From Octopus sinensis (taxonomy: Eukaryota), in NCBI RefSeq assembly GCF_006345805.1, contig NC_042999.1:20894001-20958000 (forward strand): a stretch of 64,000 bases of DNA, read 5' to 3'. A program made the translations under genes and the position numbers. The notes under the pieces were generated by a model that was not told where the DNA came from, made no database searches, and saw nothing but the letters and a program-made list of their open reading frames with translations. Shown piece by piece: positions 27,429 through 40,991 of the stretch. The first letter of the stretch is position 1. The number at the start of each line of letters is the position of its first letter.

Positions 27429-28299
27429 TTAGGCATATGAGGATGGTCGTAATCCTTTCACATAAAATAGGTTTTCCTGTGGAATTTTCACACTGCTGAA
27501 ACATGTATGTTGATTAAATCGGCTGCTTTTACAAAGACCTACATTCATTGGTAACACCATTATTTGAAGTAAAGTTAAATCATCCCATTGAAATTATTTT
27601 CCTCGCTACTGCCTTTACATCTTAACTCCACTACACCAGACTGAGATTTTGTCACTTAATAGTCTAGATTTATGGAACATTTTCAATTCACAAAATTACA
27701 TATATGTGTGTGACACTACCGCATATGCTGCAAAACATCTGTGAGGTAATTCTATAGCGAATTTCAGTTGTCCATTACCAATATCGCCTTATGCTTTCTA
27801 TTTTTGTATATAGTTATCGCTTCACTTTCTTTCCAATTAAGCATCGCACGCTTCAGTAGCTTGTTCTAATAATACCGGAACATGCAGCAAGATGTACAAG
27901 TACGTATTCAATTACGAATCGACTCCAGCGACATCGTCTTTATTTCCTGAAAGTTTTAATCAGATTATTTTATCGCAGTTCTTTATCCTTCCTTCCCTGT
28001 AGATTTAAACAACCATAGAGGCGGATTCTTGTGTTCAATGTATATATATATATATCAGCTAAAGCATTCGAAATTCTCCGACATAATACTTAACAGGTGA
28101 AATTAGTACGCACTGCGCTCCTTCGAACTATTTCGGCCAATTATATTCTGGTCATTCACCGTCTTTGGGTATAAAATTCTAAATAATGAAGTACTGGAAA
28201 AACTGTTATAAACTTTAGTTACAGAGTTAAAATACTGAGATTTTCATTGACACGATATTTTGTTTTTGAAATAATGGTTTCTAGTTTAGGCGCACAAGG

Positions 28300-28720
28300 C
28301 CGGCAATTCTGAGCGAGAAGAGATTTAGACAATACCATCAATCCAACTACTTAAGCGGCACTATATTTTATTGACCCTCGAGGAATGAAAGATGAGGTTG
28401 ATGTCGGTGTGATTTGTATTCACTGTGTAAGATAAAAAGAGATGGAATAAATGTTGCAAGGCTGTTTTTACTGCACTTTAACGATTTTGCCATGAATTTG
28501 TTTTTAATCAAACACAAAGCCAGATTTTAAGAATCGATGGGGGTTATTCTGCACCATCAAAATCATACTTGACTGGTACTTTGTTTATTTTGTCGACCCC
28601 CGCACAAAAATTAACGTAAAAATTTGAATTCAAAGCCTAAACAGCCGGAAGAAATAGCGCAATGGATTTCTTTTCTTCACTTTTTATACGGTCTCACTTT
28701 CCTGCTAGCTAAACGGATTT
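28300..28720 (-). mobile_element. Two degenerate family A-related SINE remnants
   Basis: TTTATTGACCCTCGAGGAATGAAAGATGAGGTTGA..., ACTGGTACTTTG..TTTTGTCGACCCC and AATTTGAATTCA motifs. Confidence 0.4.
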
Positions 28721-31507
28721 TGCTGCTGAAATTATGATTCGTTTTTGACAGCACACATTAATCTCATTACGAATATCACTTTAACCATTCGTCACAACGC
28801 AGACAGATGTAGCTAAGGAAAAACATTAAATATTTTGGGTAGTGCTAACCTTGACTACACATTTGATTGAAATAGCGTTAATTCTAAGCTTCAGGTTTAG
28901 AATTTTCATGCAATATTTTCACCACCTTACTGTAGGAGTGCTAAAGTAACTAATGTTTATTTTGCGATGAGCATGTGATACCTGACAAATTGCAATCGTG
29001 CTGTGTTGCTTTGAATGGTTCGAAGGAGGAAGCTGCTTATCACGCGGAAAAGTAACGAATGCCCTGTTCTTATAAATTGATGTAAAATACGAACAAAAAA
29101 GAAATAAAAACAGAAAATAATTAATGAATTTCATCCTTTTTTTATATGGCGTCAAATTTAATACCCCGGTTTCAATGAAGTAATCAAAGACGGAAGACTT
29201 GCAAGTCCCATAGGAGTAATAAAGGAAAAAAAAACATTTCAGTTTTTACCACAACCTCGCTTTTGTGTATAGAAATATAATATTGACATAAAAAATCCAT
29301 TGCAACCGTTATAGTGAATAAGCTGACTCACAAGTGCTTCACATGTATAACAAGCAAGAGAAAACAAAGTCACACATTCATGCATGCTAACGAATGAAAA
29401 GACACTATGTTGTGCTCGAATTACCAATGTTGTATTTCCTTGTTTTTCTCTTTTAATTTCAATCACCCTCAGTTGCCTTACTCTTTCACGGCTTCTTTTT
29501 TATTCATAAGTTTGCTATGGCCGTTTTGGTTTCTCACATATGTATTTTTATTATTATATTCATCAGTGCCATTATCATTATTGCTATTATTATTTTCATT
29601 ATTATTTAAAAACTGTTTTTAGCAATTCTACATGCCTGGACATTAATTTCAACATGGCTTCCTGAACAATATTTGCTGAAGCATCGTTGTCATTTATAAA
29701 ATTTAAAAAGCAAATTTCCCTTAAAACCAATTTGATGTTCCTTTTGGTTACACAAGGCTTACTCTATTCGTTGAAGCACTCTTAACATTAGTCATTCGTT
29801 TTTGTAGTAGAACGAATTTTGGGGAAAAAAGAATTTCAAACGCATAATTATTTTTTCCAAATTACATTGTATTTATGCATGTTTATTTATATTTGATTAT
29901 TAGCCTATTTGGGTACTGATGTTTTAGATGGTTTAGCAGTTGATACAAGGGATTCAGAAAATCATCGTTGGTGGGATTTGAACTTTCAATGCATTTCACT
30001 CTCCATGCAAACGTTTCTAATACACGTTTGATTTGACATCAAAAAAAATAATGCTTTATTGCACACTAATGTACAAACCAAAGGAAATTGAAAGAAGCAA
30101 TGTTAAATTATGAGACACAAAAGGGGTAATCCACAGGTAAGAAGCAACAGGGTAATGCAACTCAAATTATCACAAGACCCTACTCCTTCTTCATCCATTC
30201 TTGTAAAACGAGGTGTAAACAAAATTGCTCGTGATCATTTTTGGTGGAGTCATAACAGACACTCCAACATATTTTTAATACCCTACTTTTATGTGGTGTG
30301 AATGTATTAAGGCAGACTTCATTAAAATTTTAAATTTGTAAGTATCCTTTAGCAGATAAGATGAATTTTGACTATAAGTATGCATGACGTAATCCGGGGT
30401 GGCTATATAATGTTTTGCTACGATTTCTTCTGATTAGGGCAGTGTAAAAGCTAAACCATGGGGCCACATGCTTTAATGTATTTCAAGGGCACATGATACT
30501 ACATAGGTAACTGCAAATATAACTTTTCAGATATTGCAATCATTATCAATGTTTACACAGTAAAGTTTCTTAATTTTGTAAGAATTCGGCTGTAATTTCA
30601 TTGACATATTTGTCATGATAATCTTTAGACAATAAACATACATTTCGATTTTGATCTTTAAAACGTTCACCTGGGTTTTTCGTACCTCCTCTCTTCCATG
30701 TCTTTGCAGTAGTCTATTATTCGTCTCTAGCCACCATAAGTTCACCATTGCAACAGATGTTGTATTTCTTTTGTTTGTGGGGCTTCATCATTATCTGCTT
30801 CTGATATCGAATGTGAGGCGTTTTATTCGATTAATTGTTTTACGCTTCCGATTGGTTGATGCTATTGAAATTGAATCATCGGAGAGCAACTAGTTGTGTT
30901 TGTAGTTCTGATGCTATTTAATCGTTAACGCCTTCACTTTTTTTCAGATCCGCGTGTTGATTTACTCTCAAATGGCTTTTGAACACACAAGTATATTAAA
31001 TGAACTTGCGACAGAATAGTCTTCATCCAACATCTCGTTACTTTCTGTCTGCATGACGACGGTCAGAAATTCAGAATAGTCATGAGGCAATTCAGAGTAA
31101 CAATGTATCTCACGTATATGGTTACATCATTTAAACATCTATCGCTTCTCCTCACATTCACATATACACCACTCTGTTATATATTTGTGTATATATTTGT
31201 GTCCGATAGTGTTCTACACTTGATCCTTTGATATTTTGCCTCGCATTACGTCTTGAAGTCAAAGCATCCTAAGATTTCCCAAGTGTATTTATATATTGCC
31301 ACCTATCGGCCTGGGCTACAGTCAGTTCATTTGGGAAGGATCACAGAAGTTTCCTTCTTATTGTATGATAAAATATTTCTTTTATATGTGCAGTTTTGAT
31401 GGCGAATTAATCGGGTAAAGGGACAAAACAATGCTGGGTATATTTTCTAATTGTGAATTTCCTCCTATGTAGTAATGCATGGAAATTTACGTAATATAAA
31501 CTTTTAA

Positions 31508-31897
31508 TCTTTTACTTGTTTCTGTCATTTGACTGTCGCCATGCTGGAGTACCGTCTTTAATCGAGCAAATCGACCCCGGGACTTATTATTTGTAAGCCT
31601 AGTACTTATGCTATCGATCTCTTTTGCCGAACCGCTAAGTTACGGGGAACGTAAAAACACCAGCATCGGTTGTCAAGCGATGTTGGTGGGACAAACTCAG
31701 ACACACAAACGTATATACACGCACATATATGCATATATACGACGTGCTTCATTCAGTTTCCGTCTACAAAATCCACTCACAAGGCTTTGGTCGGCCCAAG
31801 CCTATAGTAGACACTTGCCCAAGGTGCCACTCAGTGGGAATTAACCCAGAGTCATGTGGTTAGTAAGCAAGCTACTTACCACACAGCCACTCCTGTG
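31508..31897 (-). mobile_element. Family B SINE flanked by ~109-bp direct repeats
   Basis: SINE homology. Flanks 31387-31495 and 31894-32002 match at about 98 of 109 positions. Confidence 0.85.
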
Positions 31898-32865
31898 CAG
31901 TTTTGATGGCGAGTCAATCGAGTAAAGGGAGAAAACAATGCTGAGTATATTTTCTAAGTGTAAACTTCCTCCTATGTGGTAATACATGGAAATTTATGTA
32001 ATGAAGATGATACATCTATTAGAAAGTGAATTTATAAAAGTTTTATCAATGTTGCACCAAGAATATGCCCAATATTGAGTTTTCATTTGAAGTACATGTA
32101 TCTCGGTGAAAACTATTTTTGTTCACGTACATATTAGTTTCAATTCATTGTACAGGTTTTTATTTCTCTTTCAAGCACAGTACCTTTACTAATCATGATC
32201 TTTTGAGTCGAAAGAAAGGAAGGCAATCTAAAAACTTTTCAGAAATTAAACTGAATTTTTCTGTTGGTTTCTTAATGAATATACGCAAAAGTACATATTA
32301 AAATAAAAATAATAATTCGTAAAATATCAACGAAACGTGATTCAAATACGGAAAAGATGTGTCAGCGAACCTTGACATGAGAATAACATCGCCTTTGTCG
32401 ACATCATCATCGTCGTCGTCGTAGTAATAGTTAGACGTCGGCGTCGTCATCATCGTCGTCATCATTATCATTATCCTCACCTTCATCAATAGCAACCACA
32501 AAAACAAAAATTAATTAAATAGAAGAGCTAAAGAAAAATTAAAGAGAAGCAGCAGTAAGATCCCTTGCAGACATTCTACTTAATTCTTTAAAATATCAAT
32601 TGGTTTGTGATTAAATAAAGATATTAGCAGACGATTTTGAAGAAGATAAGTGGTTCGAAACATTCAAATGAGGTCAACTTGCGTCTGATGCAATGTAAGC
32701 ATTTACGTATGTAAATTGGGTTGTTGTTTTCTTTTTATTTACAGTTAAATATAAGAGTTACGGATATACCTACATACATAAACACATTCACAAAAATATT
32801 GATGCAAACTAGCGCGCACATATATCCATTCCCCCCACACATACGCATATGTCCACACACATATG

Positions 32866-32897
<32 letters not shown>

Positions 32898-32921
32898 ATA
32901 TACAAATATATGTATACGTAC

Positions 32922-32966
<45 letters not shown>

Positions 32967-33360
32967 GTATACATATATATATATATACAAATATATGTAT
33001 ACGTACATATATATATATATATATAAATACATATATATAAATATATTTACACACAGACACACACACATAGGCACATGCACACAGACACACACACACATAT
33101 GTTTAGCAAATAAAAGAGTGATTAAAGATCCGAGGGCATATTTCAAAAGGTGTCTGTGAGAAAATGAAACCTCTCTGATTAAATTCACCTGTGATATATA
33201 TATAGATATCCACGTAATGTGTAGTTTAAGACATAGTTTCTAATCCTGTTTGTAGGTCCAAGGTATCGCCAAGAAGTAATGTTGGTATCGTTTTACAGCG
33301 CATCACTGAGAATGCAAAGACTTAATGGCTATTCATACATTATCACACTTCTACCTGCAC

Positions 33361-33391
<31 letters not shown>

Positions 33392-33491
33392 GATGTATGT
33401 GTCGGGTGGGGTGGGGGTTCATCATTCAGTCGAAAACCTACATGCTAATAGACAAAAGGTGTATAAAGAGCCGAACAACAAGCTGGTTTAA

Positions 33492-33529
33492 CTGATGATG
33501 GTAAAGGAAATTGCCGAAACTGATACGTC
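33492..33529 (+). ncRNA. Hammerhead-like core, stem I not intact
   Basis: CUGAUGA-U-GGUAA-AGGAAA-UUGCC-GAAA-C-UGAUAC-GUC. Five-bp stem II and a GUC triplet are present, but the flanks do not pair adjacent to the core. Confidence 0.45.
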
Positions 33530-35315
33530 AATCTTAAGAATTCTCGGTCGGTATTTTTCGGACAATTATGGTCCCTGTTAGTGTATATCACTTAGAGCAG
33601 ATTAGTTCTTATTTCTAGCAATATAGATGTTTTTAACACCGTAGTCACGTTTAGGGACAATTACAGTTACCCTTTTTGGTGGAACATTGAACGCTGCTGT
33701 TTACATTAATTTTATATATTTAAAATGTGTGTGTGTGTGTGTGTGTGTATTTATAAACGACATTTACGTTACTTAAAATATGTTTATGATACATTTCAGA
33801 TCCTGAAGGCAAATTCACTGCAGTGGCTATAGAGAAAAAATTCTCCGTTATGGCAAAAGATGTAAAAATACCATACTTGCTTTGTGTTGCCCCAGATTCC
33901 CAGATGCGATTCTAGCTATTTATTTTCATCAATGAGAAATATCAAATATCAAAGTGAGGTAACTCCGAGCTGATTTTCAAGCTGTAGCTTTAGCTAAAAC
34001 ATAACCAACATCATTGACTGTGTAGTACTATTACACCACCAGGTCGGGCGAAATTTAGCAACATTAGCCCCGAGCAGTGTTTAGGCATAAGCGAAATTTA
34101 GGTTAGTTAAAATAAGCTTCAATTAAATTTCACATGGTGATTTATACCTCTTACCATAAGAGAGAATTATTTCCTCCACGGTAGCACTGGTGAATTTGCC
34201 TTTAGAATTTGAAATTGTATTCCTGTATGTAGGTATGCAGGCATGTAGGTATACATCTATGTTTGCCTTCTTGTATATCTGTAAATATGCATTTATGTAC
34301 GTGTATATTTATATGAATATATCGCTAACCACTACTCATTCTTTATTTTATCTCCTTGTTTCTTTCTGTGTTCCTTTCTGTGGAAGACCGTAGGCTCGAA
34401 ACGTTAACGACTTTTTCAATTCCCGAGCGTTATACTAATACATCTGTTTGTTGTCTCCACCACCTGTCTTCGTCTTTTGTTGTTTTTTTGTGAATTCTCC
34501 CTATATAAATAAATAAATAAATATATATATATACATATATATATACATATATGTACATATTTTCTCTATCACACACATGTATATTCATGTGTGTACATAT
34601 GTGTATATATATCTATATATACATATACATGTATCTATATGTGTGCGCATATGTTTTACATAGTCACATACGTTATGTATGTGTGCATGTGTATGTATAT
34701 ATGCTTAAACTGAACCGGAAAAGTTTGAAGACTATTTTGTGCTATCGATATGATCGATCGCGAGACATTTTAGTATCGAACTTGAATCCAACAATTATTT
34801 TTCACAGTAATCCTTTAAAATTGTACATTTAGTTTCGATTGAGAGGTCGCGAGTTGGAAGGTGAGAGTAGAATTTAATTTGTAATCCCGCGCATGGAGAT
34901 AGAGAGAGACCGATATTTTCGATGCAAGGAATATTTAAAAGCTTTGGACGTTGTTTCGAGTAAATTTAAACTCTGGAATAAATCCAAATTGGTAGCAACA
35001 AAGGATTTATAGACATGAAGTTAAGATAATATCAAATTGATTTTGGTCTTCTATTAGGAACAAAATTACCGTATTGCCCCTTAAAACTATCCGTAGATTA
35101 AACTTTCCAACGAAATACCTATTTAAGTTGCTCATTTGACGACAATCTACATTTTAAGCTAATTCAATTAAGGAACTCTCTGTAATTTTGTCTCAAATTT
35201 CGGATTTAAAATATTGCCAGAACTGCTTTACGTATCTAGTATACTCCACTACAATTCTGATCTAACATTCTTAATTATTTCTACATTAGCTGGTTAAATG
35301 ACATTTTTATCTTAG

Positions 35316-35830
35316 ACTAGCAGTATCGCCCGGCGTTGCTCGGGTTTGTAAGGGAAATAACTATATAAGCATTTTTAGAGAGTTACTTCCTTTATAGATG
35401 CCAATTCGGGCTTTCTTAGCCATTTCTGTTTTGGTGTCTTCAAGCCATGAAGTCGTTGTTCTAAAAGAACGCTGGTCTCCTTGACAACACTTTACGACGT
35501 TGATTTCCTTACACTCCCTTCCCCACAGCTTCACGAGGGAGGGAAGAAGGGGGAGAAGCAAACAGGTGCAGATGTGAGAGTGGACGCCAACTCCGCCGCC
35601 ATCGACACACGAAAAATTATGCATTAAAATGGAACAAAAAATGATGTTAAATTATTTTTAAAATCGTAGACTCATCGTAGACGCGCGCTAATAGCCAGAC
35701 GGGCTTGATATGAATCACGACTATAAGATACCCGAATTTGGTTAAACTGCACCGCAAAATATGGGAGTAGTTAGGAATCTAAATCGTAGGAGACAGACAC
35801 TCACACAACTACAGTTTTATATATAGAGAT
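35316..35830 (+). mobile_element. Helitron-like element with extra ~220-bp internal segment
   Basis: Same termini as the 44345 copy. The segment ~35400-35620 is absent from that copy. Confidence 0.65.
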
Positions 35831-37053
35831 TATTTTAAAAGATTTTGAATCTTTCACTACGTTTACACATTTAGCCTGGTGTACAATTTCTACCACCGAA
35901 ATGAGGCCCACCTGTTTTGGGAGAATGGTTCGGTCCTCCAAATAGAGAATGTCGAACACATTTGATCGTATCATCTACAGTTCATAACGTATGAAAAGAT
36001 TCTCTGCTGTACTTAGGTGACCTCTAAAATATTTTATGAGTATTTTGACGTTACACAATTTAATTCTTGCTTTGCTAATTGTTTTCTAAAGATAATAGAA
36101 TACCACCAGTTCTATCATTCATGATTGTTAATTGACTTATATACGGTTAATTTAAGCGCACGAATGCACGTGGATCTATGACTTTCTTGGTTGCTTGCGC
36201 GATAACATAGGGCGCCAAGTTTCTTCTTGAATAAACAAATAATACTCATTGTGAAAAGATACACTCATTAGCTTCGTGATTAGCACTGATCAAGAAGGGT
36301 AAGTAAAACAAACGCGCAATGTTAATTATTTTTAAATACTTTAAAAGAAAACTTGTGAAATGCAGTGTCGAGTAGTTCTGAGCTTCTTAGTGGAAAAGCA
36401 ACTCCGGGTTGTTTTCGATCTGGCTAGACCTTCTTTATGATGTATACTTTTTACCAGTGTTGCCTTATACATATAACGCCACAGATATACAGATTCCTGA
36501 GTTCTAACCCTTCTATTTCCTTATCAGATTTGATCCATGCAGTGATGAGTTTTCACTGAAATTCCATGATTCAAGACAAAACGCGTGTCATTGGCATCAA
36601 CATTTAGTTTGTTAGAATATTTATCTTCCGGTATATAGATTAATGCTTCGAAAATAAATCTTAAGACATTCATAAACTTCTTTTTCCAAAGATATCATAC
36701 ATTAAAACCGGTTCTTGACCTTGACTCACTAAACAGAAAACTTTATATCCTATAGAAAAAAGAAAAAACAAAGCAAAAAGGCAAACGTTGTAATGGTAAG
36801 TCTACGATTTTCATCACTGACATTTTAAAATAATGATATATTGTATCTTCAACTCTCTTCACACAACACAAATATACGTCCCAAAACGCAATCACACGCA
36901 CACACGTATACCAAACTTAAAATGAAAATCTATGAAGAAAAAGAAGGTTTAAACTCATTCTGGTTAAGATATTTATTAAACATTAGCAATATAGGTAGAA
37001 CAATATGATGTATAAGAAAGTTGATCAATTGAGAGAATTCAAAAGTTATTTGA

Positions 37054-37299
37054 AAGATTGACCGTTATGTAAACCTCCTCGACGAATGTGAAGACGCAGG
37101 CTTGAAAGCGGAGCATTTTCCAATCGAAGTTGGTTGTGTAGGGTTTGTTGGACACAGTGTGAGACGACTGTTGTTATCATTAGGCCTCACTCATCGTAAA
37201 TTCAATACCACCATGACAGATATCCAATCTACAGTGGAGAAGGCTAGCCACTAGATGTGGTTAAAAAGAGACGATGAGCAATGGCTAGAAGAGTATTGA
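37054..37299 (+). pseudogene. 3' ORF relic of a HERO-like (R2-group, restriction-like endonuclease) non-LTR retrotransposon
   Basis: Translates KIDRYVNLLDECEDAGLKAEHFPIEVGCVGFVGHSVRRLLLSLG...VEKASH*MWLKRDDEQWLEEY*. The PIEVGCxGF and EKASxWxWLKR motifs resemble HERO C-termini as I recall them. One in-frame stop. Confidence 0.7.
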
Positions 37300-38072
37300 G
37301 CTTTATTTCATAACCAGTTGATCTAGCAATCGGGGCCTTATATCAGTGAGGGTGGCCGGTTCGCATTGATGTCGTCGAGATGTAGGCCACGAAACGACGC
37401 GCATTCTCTCCTGATGACCCCATACACTTGCTGGCTTCAGGTATGCGGAGATTTTGTATGGTAGCACTTGTATGTGAAAGTTGTTTGCAAGACTTCAACA
37501 TTTAAAAACGAAAAGTTTCAACTAACAGGGCAAATCGCAATAATTCTCACTAAACATCCAATCTATTCATAAATATTTGGTTAACCAGATACTGCAGTAT
37601 GTAGTAGGAATGAAATTATGAGTGATATTCCTATTAGAATCAAAAAGACTTTCAACTTAATTTTCTCTACGATACTCTATCCTTGTTTCTTTCTTCCAAC
37701 AGGTATAATGAGCTGTCCCTGTTAAGTCCTTAGAAAAGAAGTCACACATTCTCTGGTGATTCAAAGTATAGTCAATGTGTAACAACTACCACTTAAAGAA
37801 CATCAATGTCGACAAAAGTTATAAATATAGAATAATAAACAACGACGTTTTATGAACAGCCCGCACAGTTATTCCTAGATCATTCTCCGCTCAGGTCTAT
37901 ACGTAACAATGACAGGAAAACTGAAAAGGAAAGGTATATAAAAAATTTATAAAAATTCTCTTTTATCAGCTTTGGAGTTCACGTTATTTAATCAAATAAT
38001 GGGTTGTCTGGAAAGTTCATTGTGTCTTTTAAGGGAAATTAAAAGACAAAACAAAATTATGCCATTAAATAT

Positions 38073-39549
38073 TTATTCAACAACATATGAACCATTTTGT
38101 TGCTCAACCTTTCTCCATCTTTCCTTTGACTTAAAGATTCCGTTTTTCCAGAATTTCGGTGATTTTTTTTTTATGTACTCCAAAGAATGAAAATTGTACT
38201 ACTGAAATCATTTTGCAAGGACCTGAATAAATGAAAATCTGAAGGAGCAATGTCTGGTGAACATGGCGGGTGGGGTAAAACATCCCAGCAAAAGTGCGAC
38301 AATTTTTGACCTGTCGCCAAAAACCAAGTCGTCTGGCATTATCCTTATGGAAAAAAAATACCTTTCCTGTTCGCCAATTTTGGCCATTTTCCTTGAATTG
38401 CTGCCTTTAACTCGTCCAGTTGCGAGCAATACTTCTCAGAATTGACCGGTTACTTGGCAGAAAGCTCATGCTACAGGATTCCTTTTCAATCCCGCCAGAT
38501 GCAGAGCAGGAGTTTTTAATATGAAGACCTGCTTTTGGGGTGGTTAAAGTTGGCTCATGTCGCTTATCCCTGGGTCTTTTCCGCTGAACAGTGTTGTAAA
38601 CGATCCACTTATCATCATCCGTCACAATTTGCTCCAAAAGGGGTGCATTTTCATTGTGTTCATACAGCAACGCACAGATTGAAATGCGATCCAAAAGATT
38701 CCTTTCATTCAGATTGTCTGGTACCCAAATATTGTAGCAATTTATAAAATAATAATAATGAAATTATTGTATACAGTGCTCTGGTGTACCACAACCTTTC
38801 TTAAAGTGCGTATAAAGCATATGCAGTAATGTACAAATGTCTGGAAAGTGAACGGTGTATGAGTCAGATACATGCTTGCGTGTGTATGGAGGGGAGAAAA
38901 TCAGGTGTAGTGTTGGTGAATCTCAGGAAGCATGGAAGTTTTGAAGGATGCAGTGCTCCGACAGCTAACAACTGATGCCGGTGATTTGTTCCATACTTCA
39001 GCAACTCTTAGCGTTAAAAAATGTTTCCGAAAGTCATGGGAGCTGTGCTGTTTTATGACTTTGTAAACATGTCCACGGGTGTTAGACAGGTGGAGTTTGT
39101 AAAGGTGCTCAGAGTTATTGTTTGTAAGATGGTTAATAATTTTATGGGTGTCTGCAAAGTCAGCTGCCAGACGTTGGAGTTTCAATGTATCCATGCCCAG
39201 GGAAGAATTTGAATACCCAAGCTTTGTTAAGAGCTCATGGATGGTGGAATTTGATACATTTAGTGTTTCTGACAACTACCACGTTACGTAATGCGTGTTA
39301 TTCTCAATCAAAGTCTTGATTTGATCGTCATCTGAAGTGGGACTGAGGAATCTGCCTGAGCGTTTTTCCTCAATGAAGCTACAATCACCATCTCTAAACG
39401 TAGCGAATCACTTCCGTACAGTTCTGTCATCTAAAGAAACTTCACTGTACACAGTACATAACTTCTTTGTTGCTTACTAGGTCGTTTTGCGTTTACGGTA
39501 ATAAAAAAGAAATCATCAAGTGTCTAAAGTGCAACTCCTAATCTTCCAT
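38073..39549 (-). pseudogene. Mariner DD34D transposase relic (frameshifts, stops, interrupted by a LINE)
   Basis: Motifs KRSGR, DDDQIKTLIENN, WVPDNL, IVTDDDKWIVYN, HKDNAR, PHPPCSPDIAPSDFHLFRSLQN and QNGSYVVE*, found in several frames. Confidence 0.9.
38747..39212 (-). mobile_element. 5'-truncated CR1/L2-type LINE 3' end inserted in the mariner
   Basis: Translates NTRGHVYKVIK...DFRKHFLTLRVAEVWNKSPASVVSCRSTASFK and ends in an (ATT)n-like tail. It splits the transposase between LGY and NCYNIWVPDNL. Confidence 0.85.
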
Positions 39550-40220
39550 TTTCATAGCGATGCAAAATTTACACGAATCAAGTAATTCTAAACTTTCTTT
39601 CTCAAGAGATATTTTGAGGTGTGCGCTAACTGAAAATATAAGCATATCAGGTGTCCATCAATTTAGCATGTTCAAAACGACTAAACATCGCTATGAACTT
39701 CACGGACAACCCAATAATTTAGTTTATATAATGTATTTCCACTTCACAAATGTTGTGGGTGAATGTATTATGACAAATCTAAAGATTATCATTAACATTA
39801 GAATATCTTTGGTAATTGATATGTGTTCTTTTATGGTTTTGGCTAACGGTCTCTATATTTCAACATTCTATAACGGTAATATGCATGTTGCAGTATATCC
39901 ACGATATTCCAATTTTAGGCTATGAGATGATGAATTCATGCACATGTAAAAAATGCTGGCAAATTGTAATTATCTTTTCCTGAATATTCAATAGCTTTCA
40001 ATGGTAAACAAGGTAACAAACATTTAAATGGCTTTCCGGGATATATAATCAAACCACTGAAAAGCAATAACCATTTCCTGCCCAAAATCTGACTGATTAA
40101 ATTGGCAGATTTCATTAATAATTGATATTTAAATAAAAAGAAGTATCGTATATATGTTTCATAGTTTCAGTCGTAAGGGTCAATTATGGAAAGGCAGTCT
40201 ATATATATTATGAAAATTTC

Positions 40221-40905
40221 ATGTGCATATTACGAAGATGGCAACACTGTGCAGGCGAGAGGATGGGTGGATTCTGAGAACAATCAGAACCAGGAAAAGG
40301 GAGGCCCTGCTACTCCCACGGAGGACTTTCGTTTTCAGCCGCTTGGACTACAGCTCCCAATTATGGTCCCCAGAAAGTGTGAGACAAACTTGAACTCAAA
40401 GTAATCCAGCGCCAATACACAAAGAAGATTGATTCGATGAACAAGATGGGCTCATGGGAGAGGCTAAAGGAGCTGAGTCTCTATTCCTTGGAGAGAAGAT
40501 GAGAGAGAGGTATGCGGTGATATATATTTAGAAAATCTTGGAGGTTCTTTCGCTCCTAATTTTTGAATTGACAGTTATAACAATCCTCAAACTGGACGGC
40601 ACTGCATCATACCAAAAATCTCGTCTTCCCCGTCAATACTGCAGTAGTCTGGATATCAAGGGCCCGCAATTGTTTGCCATTCATTCAGACAACCTTAGAA
40701 ATCTACATGGTGTTGATGTGAAAGATTTCAAGAAACATCTGGACAGGTTTCTATCTGAGATGCCGGACAAACCCATATCACGGCAGGATACGCAAAGAAG
40801 AACAGCTCCGTCCAAATCGCTATTTCACCAAAAACAATACAGAAACAGCACCAAGTAATTACAGATGGTGCACCAGCATGACTTCAGCCCTGGGTTGAAA
40901 TCAGT
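40221..40905 (+). mobile_element. CR1/L2-like LINE 3' fragment (RT C-terminal relic)
   Basis: GWILRTIRTR, TFVFSRLDYSSQLWSP, WERLKELSLYSLERR and KGPQLF...LRNLHGVDVKDFKKHLDRFLSEMPDKP, with frameshifts. Confidence 0.8.
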
Positions 40906-40920
40906 AACAGATAGAAGATG

Positions 40921-40991
<71 letters not shown>

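Larger units (their letters stand above)
37997..39716 (-). mobile_element. Full-length decayed mariner element (~1.25 kb without the nested insertion)
   Basis: TIRs TAATGGGTTGTCTGGAAAGTTCAT (37997) and ATGAACTTCACGGACAACCCAATA (to 39716), both ending in TA. Confidence 0.9.

Noticed and set aside
33799-33920. Plus-strand segment after CATTTCAG reading DPEGKFTAVAIEKKFSVMAKDVKIPYLLCVAPDSQMRF*
   Set aside because: An isolated 38-codon frame with no linked exons or recognisable family.
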